From an uncultured Desulfobulbia bacterium (GTDB taxonomy: Bacteria > Desulfobacterota > Desulfobulbia > Desulfobulbales > SURF-16): a DNA stretch of 52,080 bases. Under the pieces are notes generated by a model, which made no database searches, had not been told where the DNA came from, and was given only the letters and a program-made list of their open reading frames with translations. Both the position numbers and the translations under genes were made by a program. Below, in pieces: positions 1 through 7,980 of this stretch (the stretch's first letter is position 1; each line of letters starts with the position of its first letter). The stretch spans positions 1 through 52,080 of the forward strand of contig CAZUZJ010000001.1 in the NCBI GenBank assembly GCA_964624225.1, written 5' to 3'.

Positions 1-59
1 TCAACCCTAACTTCGCTGCCGATGTCAGGGGTTCGGTTGGTGCAGATACGTATCAGTAA
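1..59 (+). CDS. 3' end of a gene entering from upstream (...NPNFAADVRGSVGADTYQ*); function unknown, probably structural
   Basis: Frame 3 is open from the window edge to TAA at 57-59. No start codon lies in the window. Confidence 0.3.
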   Translation, partial: NPNFAADVRGSVGADTYQ

Positions 60-100
60 TCGCAGCTGGTGCAACAACGGCTACGGTTAACACAACCGCA

Positions 101-292
101 GTGACCGCTAACAGTGAAATCCTCATAACCGAAGATCAAAGCCTTGGCGTGGCGCTCGGCGTTACGTGCAATACATCTATTAGTTCGCCACCTGTGGTTT
201 CATCACGCGTTGCAGGAACCAGTTTCAGCGTGATTATTAGCTCAGCCCTCGCAACGAATCCGGTGTGCTATGACTATTCGATCATTAATTAA
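101..292 (+). CDS. Small hypothetical protein resembling the C-terminal domain of the neighbouring fibre protein
   Basis: ORF-track ORF with GTG start. The frame is open from nt 11, so an ATC at 59-61 overlapping the upstream TAA is an alternative start. The two-Cys, Ser/Thr-rich pattern resembles the last ~60 aa of the 521-2923 product. No clear RBS. Confidence 0.3.
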   Translation: MTANSEILITEDQSLGVALGVTCNTSISSPPVVSSRVAGTSFSVIISSALATNPVCYDYSIIN

Positions 293-509
293 ACTCGTAT
301 TCTGCTTGCTTTTTCTTTTGTCCCCGCAAGTCTTTGCTCAGAGCGCTCATCCCTCGATTACGCAAGACATGGGTATAGGAGCGCCTACTGGAACTTGTAA
401 CAATCAGTCCTATGTTGATTCCTCGACCGGAACGGTCTATGTCTGCAAGGGCGGAAGTTGGTTCAACGCTAGCACCGGGAGCGACACGGTGAGCTGGGCG
501 CAGTTTTAG
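270..509 (+). CDS. Small secreted protein (signal peptide; GTC...YVCKGGSW motif)
   Basis: The N-terminus MTIRSLIKLVFCLLFLLSPQVFAQS looks like a Sec signal peptide with an AQ/S cleavage site. The mature part has 2 Cys. Confidence 0.55.
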   Translation: MTIRSLIKLVFCLLFLLSPQVFAQSAHPSITQDMGIGAPTGTCNNQSYVDSSTGTVYVCKGGSWFNASTGSDTVSWAQF

Positions 510-520
510 GGAGATAGTCA

Positions 521-2923
521 ATGGAAATCGTGCAAAGCAGAACAACAAGAACGCGACGCGAAGCGACTGCCGATTACGGCCTGATGGCGGCGGCGTGGGT
601 TCTGTTTCTGGCCGCGCTGATGCTGATTCTGGCAAGCCCCTCGCTTTTCGCCCAAGGCCCCGGCGCGATCAAGACGCAGGAGATTTACAGCTCGACCGGC
701 ACGGTGAAGATTGACGGTACGCTGAACCTTCCGACCCCACTCCCGATCAGCAGCGGCGGCACGGGAATCTCGACTGGGCCCCTCGCTGGGAGCGTCCTGG
801 CTGGCCCGACAGTGAGTCCGGGGAGTAGCGTGGGCGTCCGGCAGTACGTGCACTGCGAATACGACACCCCCGTCAACGCGGATTCTCCAAAATCTTTTTC
901 CTGCCCGCAGTTCGCGAATCCAATCATCGTTGGCGATAGCCTTCTGGTGATATCCCCGCAACTGGGAAGCAGGACCGGCTCGTCTTCTTTCACAGACAGC
1001 CTGGGGAACACCATCACAAACCATGTGGTTACGACAACCGGGAGTCCCAGTCCCACTGTAGCGTACGGAACGATCACGGTTGGCGGAGCGGACAGCGTTA
1101 GTGGATCGAACATCGCCTATTGGGCCAACGGCGGCTCGCACAGCCAGTACGACTTCTGGGTATTCGAGCTAACCAACGCCTCCGGCGTGAACCTCGCCAG
1201 CAGTTTCACTGCTCCCAACTCCAGCCCTGCTACAATCGCCCTAACTCCGAGCGCTACGACCGACTCGTTCATCCGGCTGGCCCTTATCGGCTCGAACACC
1301 ATTTCCACTCCAGCCGCAGGCACCGCCTACATCAGCCCGGCGGGGAGCGACCTTTTCTCGGTAAGCGCCGCAGATGTCAAAATGGGGTTCGGGAAATCGG
1401 ATACAATCGCGCCAGATACTACCGCCTCCTTCAGCAGCCAGTTTTCGTGGAGTTTGACGGCTGGCCCGTCCCCTACTCAGGTTGACATGGTCGTTGACAT
1501 AACCCAATCGGCCTCGGTCGGAGCCGGTCCGTGGGTGGCTCGAAAGCTGACTGTCGGCGATCTGCCGTTGCCCTTTCCTTTGACGGACGAGGGCGGCCAG
1601 GTCTTCAACGTCAAGGCGTATGGGGCGAAGGGCGACGGGGTAACTAACGATTCTTCCGCCTTTCAAGCTGCCTTTAACGCGGCCCAACCTGCGGGAGGAC
1701 TGGTATGGATACCCGGCTGCGGGCCGTATTACGTCCCAACCGTTCCGACCAACATATCGACGGTCAGCTTCGACTCCCCTGGCTACACTTGCGCGAATAA
1801 ATTTGTGATGCAGCCGCCGTTCGACAGTAATGATATCTACTACAACTACAACACGATAACGAGCACGGACAACCTATCTGGTACCAACCACTCGGTTGAG
1901 GGTTGGGTATTCGATATCAATCAGACACCGAATCTGCCTACGATGAGAAATCTTGCAGTTGGTGCGGACTTAAGCGTTTTGACAGCCACGGGAACCCCTC
2001 CTACAAATAATAGTCCGACTTTAACCGGTAACTTTGACGGGATGTTTGCAGCAGTACAGTCAGGAGGAGCGGCTTGGAACAGTGTAGGAGTTATGGGCAT
2101 TGGTGATTGCATTACTTCAAGCGGAAATTGCTGGGGGGCGAATTTCATTGCCGGAGACTCGGCCAGTCTGGCTTCTCAACCACCGAATGAATATGCCTTG
2201 GAGCTTAACAATACTCCGTCAAACGCGGCCTCTCTCTACTCCTCTGCAGATGCCTTCAACGCTCTTCGCATATCGCTACTGAACACTCACATGCCGACGG
2301 GCGGTGCTGGTGCGATTGGGAACGCAATCAACATCGTTTCTAACGGGACTTCTGGGTATGGGTGGAATACGGCATTTTCCAGTGGTGACGGGGCGTCCTT
2401 GAATGGCATCTACCTTGGGCTCGCATACGGGACGGCACCCGTGGCCTCGCAGAATATAACTCTCAAGTCGTCCGGCGGAACTGGTTCAATGTTGCTCGAT
2501 TCCGGCGGTGCATGGATTGTCAACATGCCGTCGAGCGATGTAAAATTTGCACACACTGGCACAGATTTGTCGCTCGATCTGCAAAACAACTCTGGAACGA
2601 CTTGGCATCTCGATAGCTTATCCTCGAAAGACCTTTCGATTTTCTCAGATGCAGGGACGGGAAAGGTTACACTGAACGGATGGAATTTTGCAGCTTCAGG
2701 TAGTCCCGGCATCAGTGCCGGAACAATCTCCATTTCTGCCTCAACTAGCGGTTCGTACACTTTCACGACGGCTTACACAACGGCCCCAATTTGCACCGCT
2801 ACTGAGACATCCGGAACGGTAATCTCACCTACGATTTCCTCAACGACCACGAATGTGACGGTGACCGTGGGAACAAGCGGCACGTACGGCTTCAACTTTA
2901 TCTGCGTGCCAGCGGCAAATTAG
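521..2923 (+). CDS. Tail fibre/tailspike-like protein with a pectate-lyase-type beta-helix and an N-terminal hydrophobic segment
   Basis: 800-aa ORF with a GGGAGA RBS. FNVKAYGAKGDGVTNDSSAFQAAFNAA is the hallmark start of Pectate_lyase_3/tailspike beta-helices. PISSGGTGIST is a fibre N-terminal motif. The N-terminal TM or signal-like stretch is AAAWVLFLAALMLILASPSLFAQG. Confidence 0.7.
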   Translation: MEIVQSRTTRTRREATADYGLMAAAWVLFLAALMLILASPSLFAQGPGAIKTQEIYSSTGTVKIDGTLNLPTPLPISSGGTGISTGPLAGSVLAGPTVSPGSSVGVRQYVHCEYDTPVNADSPKSFSCPQFANPIIVGDSLLVISPQLGSRTGSSSFTDSLGNTITNHVVTTTGSPSPTVAYGTITVGGADSVSGSNIAYWANGGSHSQYDFWVFELTNASGVNLASSFTAPNSSPATIALTPSATTDSFIRLALIGSNTISTPAAGTAYISPAGSDLFSVSAADVKMGFGKSDTIAPDTTASFSSQFSWSLTAGPSPTQVDMVVDITQSASVGAGPWVARKLTVGDLPLPFPLTDEGGQVFNVKAYGAKGDGVTNDSSAFQAAFNAAQPAGGLVWIPGCGPYYVPTVPTNISTVSFDSPGYTCANKFVMQPPFDSNDIYYNYNTITSTDNLSGTNHSVEGWVFDINQTPNLPTMRNLAVGADLSVLTATGTPPTNNSPTLTGNFDGMFAAVQSGGAAWNSVGVMGIGDCITSSGNCWGANFIAGDSASLASQPPNEYALELNNTPSNAASLYSSADAFNALRISLLNTHMPTGGAGAIGNAINIVSNGTSGYGWNTAFSSGDGASLNGIYLGLAYGTAPVASQNITLKSSGGTGSMLLDSGGAWIVNMPSSDVKFAHTGTDLSLDLQNNSGTTWHLDSLSSKDLSIFSDAGTGKVTLNGWNFAASGSPGISAGTISISASTSGSYTFTTAYTTAPICTATETSGTVISPTISSTTTNVTVTVGTSGTYGFNFICVPAAN

Positions 2924-2944
2924 GGGGTGGGCTGCGGAGGCTAA

Positions 2945-3154
2945 ATGATCGCTTTAACAAAAACCGAGAGGCGCGTGCTGCCCATGCTCCTGTCCTTCCG
3001 CAGCAACAAGGAAATCGCCTCGGCCCTCGGCATTTCCGAGCGAACGGTGAAGTTCCACGTCTCAAACATTTTCAGGAAGCGCGGCGTTCGACGCCGGGCG
3101 GAACTTTTCGAACAAGAGCTAAGGGGGACTCACAATGGGCAACCTGGGGGATAA
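2945..3154 (+). CDS. Stand-alone LuxR/GerE-type HTH transcriptional regulator (69 aa)
   Basis: GGAGG RBS. The stretch NKEIASALGISERTVKFHVSNIFRKRGV matches the GerE HTH signature. Confidence 0.85.
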   Translation: MIALTKTERRVLPMLLSFRSNKEIASALGISERTVKFHVSNIFRKRGVRRRAELFEQELRGTHNGQPGG

Positions 3155-3371
3155 TAGCACGCTGAAGTCGATCGTCGTATTCCTACTTGCCATGCTGACC
3201 TTCGTCGCTGGGTGGGCGACTTCGGCATATGAAGAAAGAGCGCAGATTCAGCAGGTGGTCGACATAGAGATTCAGCGCGTGATGGGGCCCCAGCTAGCGA
3301 CCATGAGCCAGAAGCTGGACGATATTCAGGCCGAGCTTGCCCAGATCGCAGAGTTCCAACTGAAGCATTGA
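3135..3371 (+). CDS. Single-pass membrane protein with a coiled-coil tail (i-spanin- or holin-like lysis accessory)
   Basis: GGGGG RBS. One TM segment (IVVFLLAMLTFVAGWA) is followed by a helical region. The gene sits immediately upstream of the endolysin. Confidence 0.55.
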   Translation: MGNLGDNSTLKSIVVFLLAMLTFVAGWATSAYEERAQIQQVVDIEIQRVMGPQLATMSQKLDDIQAELAQIAEFQLKH

Positions 3372-3373
3372 CG

Positions 3374-3586
3374 ATGACAACTCTCTTGCTTTGCGCCGCT
3401 CTCGGACAGGCCACCGCCCAGCTTCAAAAGCCGGAGCAGAAGATTGACCGAATTCAGCAGCAGATCGAGACGATCAAGGAGGCTGAGAAAAAGAAGCAAG
3501 AGCCGAAAAAATCCGGAAAGCCCAAGGCGAAGAAGGGCGAGAAACCTAAGGCGAAGGAAAAACCGAAGGAAGGGCCTAAGAAATAG
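3374..3586 (+). CDS. Small exported Lys-rich protein (possible o-spanin-like partner)
   Basis: ATG at 3374, with TTG at 3368 as an alternative. The start overlaps the upstream stop. There is an N-terminal hydrophobic leader TTLLLCAALGQATAQ, then a KPK-rich tail. The lipobox is not canonical. Confidence 0.5.
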   Translation: MTTLLLCAALGQATAQLQKPEQKIDRIQQQIETIKEAEKKKQEPKKSGKPKAKKGEKPKAKEKPKEGPKK

Positions 3587-3588
3587 AG

Positions 3589-4065
3589 ATGAAATTTTCC
3601 GCTGCATTGCCGCCATTTCTGATGAAGCAAGAGGGGCTGAGCCTCAAGGCTTATTGGGACGAAGACGCCTGGAGGATTGGCTACGGCACAGCGGTACCTG
3701 GCATCGGCCCTGCCAGCACAACAACCCCAGAGCAAGCCCGGCTCTGGCTCGGGGAGACCCTCGACACGCTGGCGGCGGAAATAACCGGCCAGCTTAGGGT
3801 TCCGGTGGCCCAGTACCAATTCGACGCCCTGGGATCTTTTGTGTACAACATTGGCATCGGAAGGTTCATGCATAGCACGATGCTTCGGCTGCTGAACGAG
3901 GGGAAGTATGATGAGGCCGCCAACGAATTCCCACGCTGGGTGTACGTCAGGAATCCATCCGGCGAGCCTGTGATAAGTTCTGACCTGCAAAAGCGCCGCG
4001 AACTGGAACAAAGCATTTTCCTCGGCAAAGGTGCGCCGGGGTACGAATACCCAGTTGGAGGTTGA
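3589..4065 (+). CDS. Endolysin, GH24 phage lysozyme (P22 gp19 / T4 e type)
   Basis: MKQEGLSLKAYWDEDAWRIGYG contains the catalytic Glu context. QYQFDALGSFVYNIGIGRF and the RRELEQSIFL end match the GH24 lysozyme layout. Confidence 0.9.
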   Translation: MKFSAALPPFLMKQEGLSLKAYWDEDAWRIGYGTAVPGIGPASTTTPEQARLWLGETLDTLAAEITGQLRVPVAQYQFDALGSFVYNIGIGRFMHSTMLRLLNEGKYDEAANEFPRWVYVRNPSGEPVISSDLQKRRELEQSIFLGKGAPGYEYPVGG

Positions 4066-4068
4066 GAA

Positions 4069-4443
4069 ATGAAAACCGCCCTGATTTGTCTCGCAGTTTT
4101 GCTTACACTTCCGCTTGAGGTTTGCGCGCAGGTTCACCACACAGACCTTTCGTGGACTGCCTCGGCGGACGCTGGGGTAGCGTACAACGTCTACAAGGCT
4201 ATCGGAGCTTGCCCTTCGACGGGACTGCCGTCCGGTGCGACAAAGATTGCCTCGGCTATCACCAAGACGGCTTACAGCGACACTGCCGTATCGCCCGGCC
4301 AAACCGCGTGCTATTATGTTACGGCAACCCTGAACGGCTCGGAGTCTGCGCCAAGCAACACGGCCCCGGCCACAACCCCGATTGCGCCGCCGGGGACACT
4401 GACAATCCAGACCGTAGCGGAGCTTAGGGTGGTGGCGCGATGA
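4069..4443 (+). CDS. Secreted fibronectin-III-like protein
   Basis: GGAGG RBS and the signal peptide MKTALICLAVLLTLPLEVCAQ. DLSWTASADAGVAYNVYKA and CYYVTATLNGSESAPSN are typical FN3 strands. Confidence 0.75.
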   Translation: MKTALICLAVLLTLPLEVCAQVHHTDLSWTASADAGVAYNVYKAIGACPSTGLPSGATKIASAITKTAYSDTAVSPGQTACYYVTATLNGSESAPSNTAPATTPIAPPGTLTIQTVAELRVVAR

Positions 4444-4539
4444 TTCGCAAGATAAAATTCGCGTGGTTCTGGCTTAAGGAGAAACTTTTCATCTGGCTGC
4501 TGGAGAGGTAGCCAGAAGTAAATAAAATGGAGGATTAGT

Positions 4540-4815
4540 ATGAGCTGGTCATTTCAGGCAATAGGAAAGCCGAGCAAAATTCCCGCAGCGATTGACAAAG
4601 CAATTGAAGGTTACGGCCCTGACTCGCATACCAATCTGTCAAGGCGAGAGTTTGCTGCCGCCGCCCTGCATCTCAAGGCGCTGGTGTTAATGAATGGCGA
4701 CAATTTTGCCGTGAATGTCGAGGCATCAGGTCATGCGCAATTCGGCTCGGAAGGAAGGATGGCCCCTGGTAGCTGCTCGGTCAAGATCGAGCCGATCTAC
4801 GGCCTTGTCGAGTAG
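4540..4815 (+). CDS. Hypothetical protein (91 aa)
   Basis: Strong GGAGG RBS 6 nt upstream of the ATG. No recognisable motif. Confidence 0.65.
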   Translation: MSWSFQAIGKPSKIPAAIDKAIEGYGPDSHTNLSRREFAAAALHLKALVLMNGDNFAVNVEASGHAQFGSEGRMAPGSCSVKIEPIYGLVE

Positions 4816-4828
4816 GGAGTGCCCGGAG

Positions 4829-5125
4829 ATGATCCACTGGCTCAAGAAGCTTTTTCACGCCGGCGAGGGTGGCCCGATGCCCCACGGGGTCAAGGCCGGC
4901 CTCAAGCGCGTTCCACTTCACCTTGCCACGATGGGCTTGCCCAGCCTGGTCGCCGCGCTGCTGATCCCGCCTGGGCCGTGGGAATGGATTCCCGCCGCCG
5001 TGATGGTCGCGCAGGCGGTTCGGGGGGAAATAGATGATGTCAAAAACGGCGAGGATACCGTGGGCAAGGCGGTTATCGATGGGCTGAGCCAGTCGGCCCC
5101 CGCCGTTATAGGAGCGTTGCTGTAA
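4829..5125 (+). CDS. Membrane protein (holin-like candidate)
   Basis: Internal ATG of ORF 4715-5125, preceded by GGGAG. Two hydrophobic segments (LPSLVAALLIPPGPWEWIPAAVMVA and APAVIGALL). Confidence 0.55.
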   Translation: MIHWLKKLFHAGEGGPMPHGVKAGLKRVPLHLATMGLPSLVAALLIPPGPWEWIPAAVMVAQAVRGEIDDVKNGEDTVGKAVIDGLSQSAPAVIGALL

Positions 5126-5175
5126 TGTGGAACCCAATCCGATCCATCCGGGAGGCAATCGAAAGGAGGATGATA

Positions 5176-5370
5176 ATGAATTTCCTCAAGAAGTACATCG
5201 CCCACTGGGGCAACATTGCGGCGCTAGTTTTCGTGCTCATATCGTTCCTTGAGCCGTCCATGCAGGCGTACGACAAGGCCAACCGGCATTCCTTCATGGC
5301 CCAGATTTTCATCGTACTGCTGGCGCTCTACCACGCCCGCGCACCAAAGGACAAAGGAGGCAGTCAATGA
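5176..5370 (+). CDS. Small two-TM membrane protein (holin-like candidate)
   Basis: ATG at 5176 lies 6 nt after GGAGG. ATGs at 5125 and 5170 are alternatives. TM segments are NIAALVFVLISFL and AQIFIVLLALY. Confidence 0.55.
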   Translation: MNFLKKYIAHWGNIAALVFVLISFLEPSMQAYDKANRHSFMAQIFIVLLALYHARAPKDKGGSQ

Positions 5371-5891
5371 AAAAATTCGCGCTTGTGTTACTCGCCATGG
5401 CGCTCGGTTCGCCACTGTTCGCCCAGACTTCAACCAGGTTCTCGCTTTCCGGCAACGCGCTCGGCTACGTCGGAGGTGGTCAGAGCCTTATCGCCGCCGA
5501 CGCGGTTAGCGCCGTTCAGATTTCCCCGAACCTCACGATCCGAAATGACAACATCGTTCTCTCGACAGCAAACTCAAATGCTTCGGTAGCGACGTTCTTC
5601 CTCGGCGGGGCGCAGTACGATCTCCCGCTCGGCAAGATTCTGTCCAAGACGTTCCTCAACCCCGACAACTACAAATTCTACGTGGTCGGGCAGGCTGGAT
5701 ATGTCAACAGCCCCGCGACGGGGAATCTGGCGGAGTCGGCAGGTGGGGGGCTGAATTACTTCCCGCCAAGCCATCCGTCGGTCGGCATCAACCTCTTCGA
5801 AGTGCGGTGGCTGCACGGGAACGTGCCCGTCGATAACTTGCACATCGTCAATAACGGTTTGGCCGTCAGCGTTGGACTGACGTTCAAGTGA
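5367..5891 (+). CDS. Small outer-membrane beta-barrel protein (OmpX/Ail/Lom-like moron)
   Basis: GGAGG RBS and the signal peptide MKKFALVLLAMALGSPLFAQ. Alternating hydrophobic strands and an aromatic near-C-terminal end (GLTFK). Confidence 0.75.
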   Translation: MKKFALVLLAMALGSPLFAQTSTRFSLSGNALGYVGGGQSLIAADAVSAVQISPNLTIRNDNIVLSTANSNASVATFFLGGAQYDLPLGKILSKTFLNPDNYKFYVVGQAGYVNSPATGNLAESAGGGLNYFPPSHPSVGINLFEVRWLHGNVPVDNLHIVNNGLAVSVGLTFK

Positions 5892-5899
5892 GCGCCATC

Positions 5900-6403
5900 A
5901 TGGGACGGAAGATGCGACTGGCGCTCTTCGCCGTGCTACTGATTTGTTCACCGCTGATGGCGCAGAACGCCCACTATCGCAAGGACGGCCCGGCCCTGCT
6001 GAACGACCTGCGTTACACCCCTGGGAGCGTTCGCACAACCGACCCCAAGGAACTTTGCCCGCACGCGCACACAAAGGCCGTCCGGCACGTCACGCGCGCA
6101 ACCAAGGAGGCTGCCTGCAAGGAGTACGGAATTGCTCCCGCCAAGTGTACGGGGGCTAACTATGAGCAAGACCACCTCATCAGCCTTGAGTTGGGAGGAA
6201 GCAATGATCTGGCGAATATCTGGCCGGAGCCGTATCTGCCATGGCCGGGCGCTCGTGAGAAGGACAGGCTGGAAAACGCTTTGCACCGGGACGTGTGCAC
6301 CGGCAAGTTAAGCCTGAAATCGGCTCAGGAACAGATAAGGACGGATTGGTGGAAGGCGTACCGGAAGTACGTAGGCGAGGCACGGCGACGCCCTGGGCGG
6401 TGA
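5900..6403 (+). CDS. Exported HNH-family nuclease
   Basis: Signal peptide RKMRLALFAVLLICSPLMAQ. YEQDHLISLELGGSNDLANIWPE is an HNH (His-Me finger) motif. GTG at 5888 is an alternative start. Confidence 0.75.
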   Translation: MGRKMRLALFAVLLICSPLMAQNAHYRKDGPALLNDLRYTPGSVRTTDPKELCPHAHTKAVRHVTRATKEAACKEYGIAPAKCTGANYEQDHLISLELGGSNDLANIWPEPYLPWPGAREKDRLENALHRDVCTGKLSLKSAQEQIRTDWWKAYRKYVGEARRRPGR

Positions 6404-6406
6404 TGC

Positions 6407-6559
6407 CTAGGCAATCCCGAGCACCAGCATCAGCCCGAACATCATCAGGGCGGTCCCCAGAGCCCCCAGAATCATGGCTTGCTTGACGCCCCACTGCCAG
6501 CCGAGCCAGCCCACAGCCAGCATCGAGAAGCCCCATCCGGTGAGCAGAACTGCAAGCAT
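6407..6559 (-). CDS. 50-aa two-TM mini-protein downstream of the methylase
   Basis: Hand-translated as MLAVLLTGWGFSMLAVGWLGWQWGVKQAMILGALGTALMMFGLMLVLGIA. GGAAAGGA RBS. Too short for the ORF track. Confidence 0.5.
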   Translation of the reverse strand: MLAVLLTGWGFSMLAVGWLGWQWGVKQAMILGALGTALMMFGLMLVLGIA

Positions 6560-6580
6560 TAGGAATCCTTTCCGGCAGTT

Positions 6581-7261
6581 TTAAAATTCCAGCACGCCTT
6601 GAGCCATGCGCTTGGCGGATATCTCGCAGTACTTCCAGCTAATCTCGACCCCGATGGCCTTGCGGCGAAGCTCTTTCGCAGCCAGTAGGGTTGTTCCGCT
6701 TCCGGCGAACGGGTCAAGGATAACACCTGCGGGCATAAACTCAATAATCTGTTTCATGACTTCGACGGGCTTCGGGGACGGGTGACCGGTGGCCGACGCC
6801 TTCTCGGGCATGGATTCGAAAACGTCAGAGCGGTGGCCCTTGTTGCCGAAATAGTTGCCCTTGATGTGGTAAAACAGTATCGGCTCCCAGTGGGGGTAGA
6901 TCGGCATCGAAAACATTGCGAGCGCTCCGTAGCGCTTCCTAAAAACCCCTATCCAGTCGGGCTCGGGGGCGCGCCACAGGTTGGTGACGGACGAGAACAT
7001 CGCTGTCGGAACGCCGAGCCCGACCACGGCGGCGGCGTAATCGGCGAACGCATTTGGCGTGTCGGGGGGCGCATCGTCGTAGCCCTTCCCTACACCGTAA
7101 GGCGGGTCGGTGATTACCACATCAAATCCGCCGATTGACGGCAAGATGTCCCGGCAGTCCGCATGCGCTATGCAGACGTAATCGTCCGAGTAGTACCATT
7201 TAACGCCGGATGGAGGCCAGACCTGCGCCGCCGGTGCCGTCTCAGTTCGTTGGGTCTGCAT
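6581..7261 (-). CDS. DNA N6-adenine/N4-cytosine methyltransferase (beta class, PF01555-like)
   Basis: Motif IV (VVITDPPYG) precedes motif I (ILDPFAGSGTTLLAA), and HPSPKPVEVM is also present. ATG at 7261, with GTG at 7264 as an alternative. Confidence 0.9.
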   Translation of the reverse strand: MQTQRTETAPAAQVWPPSGVKWYYSDDYVCIAHADCRDILPSIGGFDVVITDPPYGVGKGYDDAPPDTPNAFADYAAAVVGLGVPTAMFSSVTNLWRAPEPDWIGVFRKRYGALAMFSMPIYPHWEPILFYHIKGNYFGNKGHRSDVFESMPEKASATGHPSPKPVEVMKQIIEFMPAGVILDPFAGSGTTLLAAKELRRKAIGVEISWKYCEISAKRMAQGVLEF

Positions 7262-7413
7262 CACGCCCTTCGATTCTCCCTTGAGATGCGTTCGGCAGCC
7301 CTCCTAAGCGCCCGGCGGTCTGCCTCGTTCTGCCAGATTACCGACACGACATGCGCCAGGGAACAGCCGAGAATAATAAGCGAGATGACCATAACCATAA
7401 ACTCTGCCATCAT
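7261..7413 (-). CDS. 50-aa single-TM mini-protein translationally coupled between the regulator and the methylase
   Basis: Hand-translated as MMAEFMVMVISLIILGCSLAHVVSVIWQNEADRRALRRAAERISRENRRA. GGAGG RBS. ATGA overlap with the upstream stop and TGATG overlap with the methylase start. Confidence 0.5.
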   Translation of the reverse strand: MMAEFMVMVISLIILGCSLAHVVSVIWQNEADRRALRRAAERISRENRRA

Positions 7414-7814
7414 GATGCCTCCTTCCCGTTCCTCCGGTACGCGCGCTTGAATCCAAGTTCCTGCACAAGCTGCCCGACGCGCTGGCGGCTGATGCCCAGT
7501 CTCACCGCGATTTCCGGCGGCAACATCCCCGCGATGAGCAGGCGCTCAACACGCTTCCTCAGGGCCATGTCCTTGCGTCTACCTCGTTTACGAGGGGCAT
7601 ATTCGACGTAGGTTCGTTTCAGATGGCAAGAATGGCACAGAGCTTGCACGTGAAGCCGGTACTCCGGAGCGTACCCGAGGTAATGATGGTAACACTCGGC
7701 CGGTTTTCCGCAGTCGTGGCAACGGAGGGTCGAAAGGGCGGGGAGATCTCCCCGACGCTTTGCACGACTAACCGCGCTATGAGCTCTTTCCCTGTCCCGT
7801 TTGGTGTCCCTCAT
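7410..7814 (-). CDS. DNA-binding protein with an HNH-like zinc-finger N-domain and a C-terminal HTH
   Basis: CHDCGKPAECYHH...LCHSCH is a Cys/His pattern. LPPEIAVRLGISRQRVGQLVQELG is an HTH. The gene is transcribed divergently from the primase gene. Confidence 0.75.
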   Translation of the reverse strand: MRDTKRDRERAHSAVSRAKRRGDLPALSTLRCHDCGKPAECYHHYLGYAPEYRLHVQALCHSCHLKRTYVEYAPRKRGRRKDMALRKRVERLLIAGMLPPEIAVRLGISRQRVGQLVQELGFKRAYRRNGKEAS

Positions 7815-7820
7815 TGGGTT

Positions 7821-7849
7821 ATTAGAGCACTAATCGTTTCTCATGTCAA
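7821..7849 (-). promoter_or_regulatory. Sigma70-like promoter for 7410-7814; predicted leaderless transcript
   Basis: The minus strand reads TTGACA-17 nt-TCTAAT, then 6 nt, then ATG. Confidence 0.45.
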
Positions 7850-7860
7850 GCAAATGTCCT

Positions 7861-7889
7861 TTGACAACCGGCGCGTTTTGGGATATTTT
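7861..7889 (+). promoter_or_regulatory. Sigma70-like promoter for the primase/helicase gene
   Basis: TTGACA (7861-7866)-17 nt-TATTTT (7884-7889). Its -35 box forms an inverted repeat with the divergent -35 box at 7844-7849. Confidence 0.45.
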
Positions 7890-7980
7890 CATCGGCGGGC
7901 TGGCGCCCGACGGGGGATGTGCGGGAACCCCTTCCCGAGCATGGCGCATCCCCCCACCTTTTCCATGCTGAGGTGGATTA

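Noticed and set aside
4440-4511. A 23-aa hydrophobic ORF (MIRKIKFAWFWLKEKLFIWLLER) overlapping the stop of 4069-4443.
   Set aside because: It is very short and there is no independent support. It could be real, but it cannot be told apart from chance.
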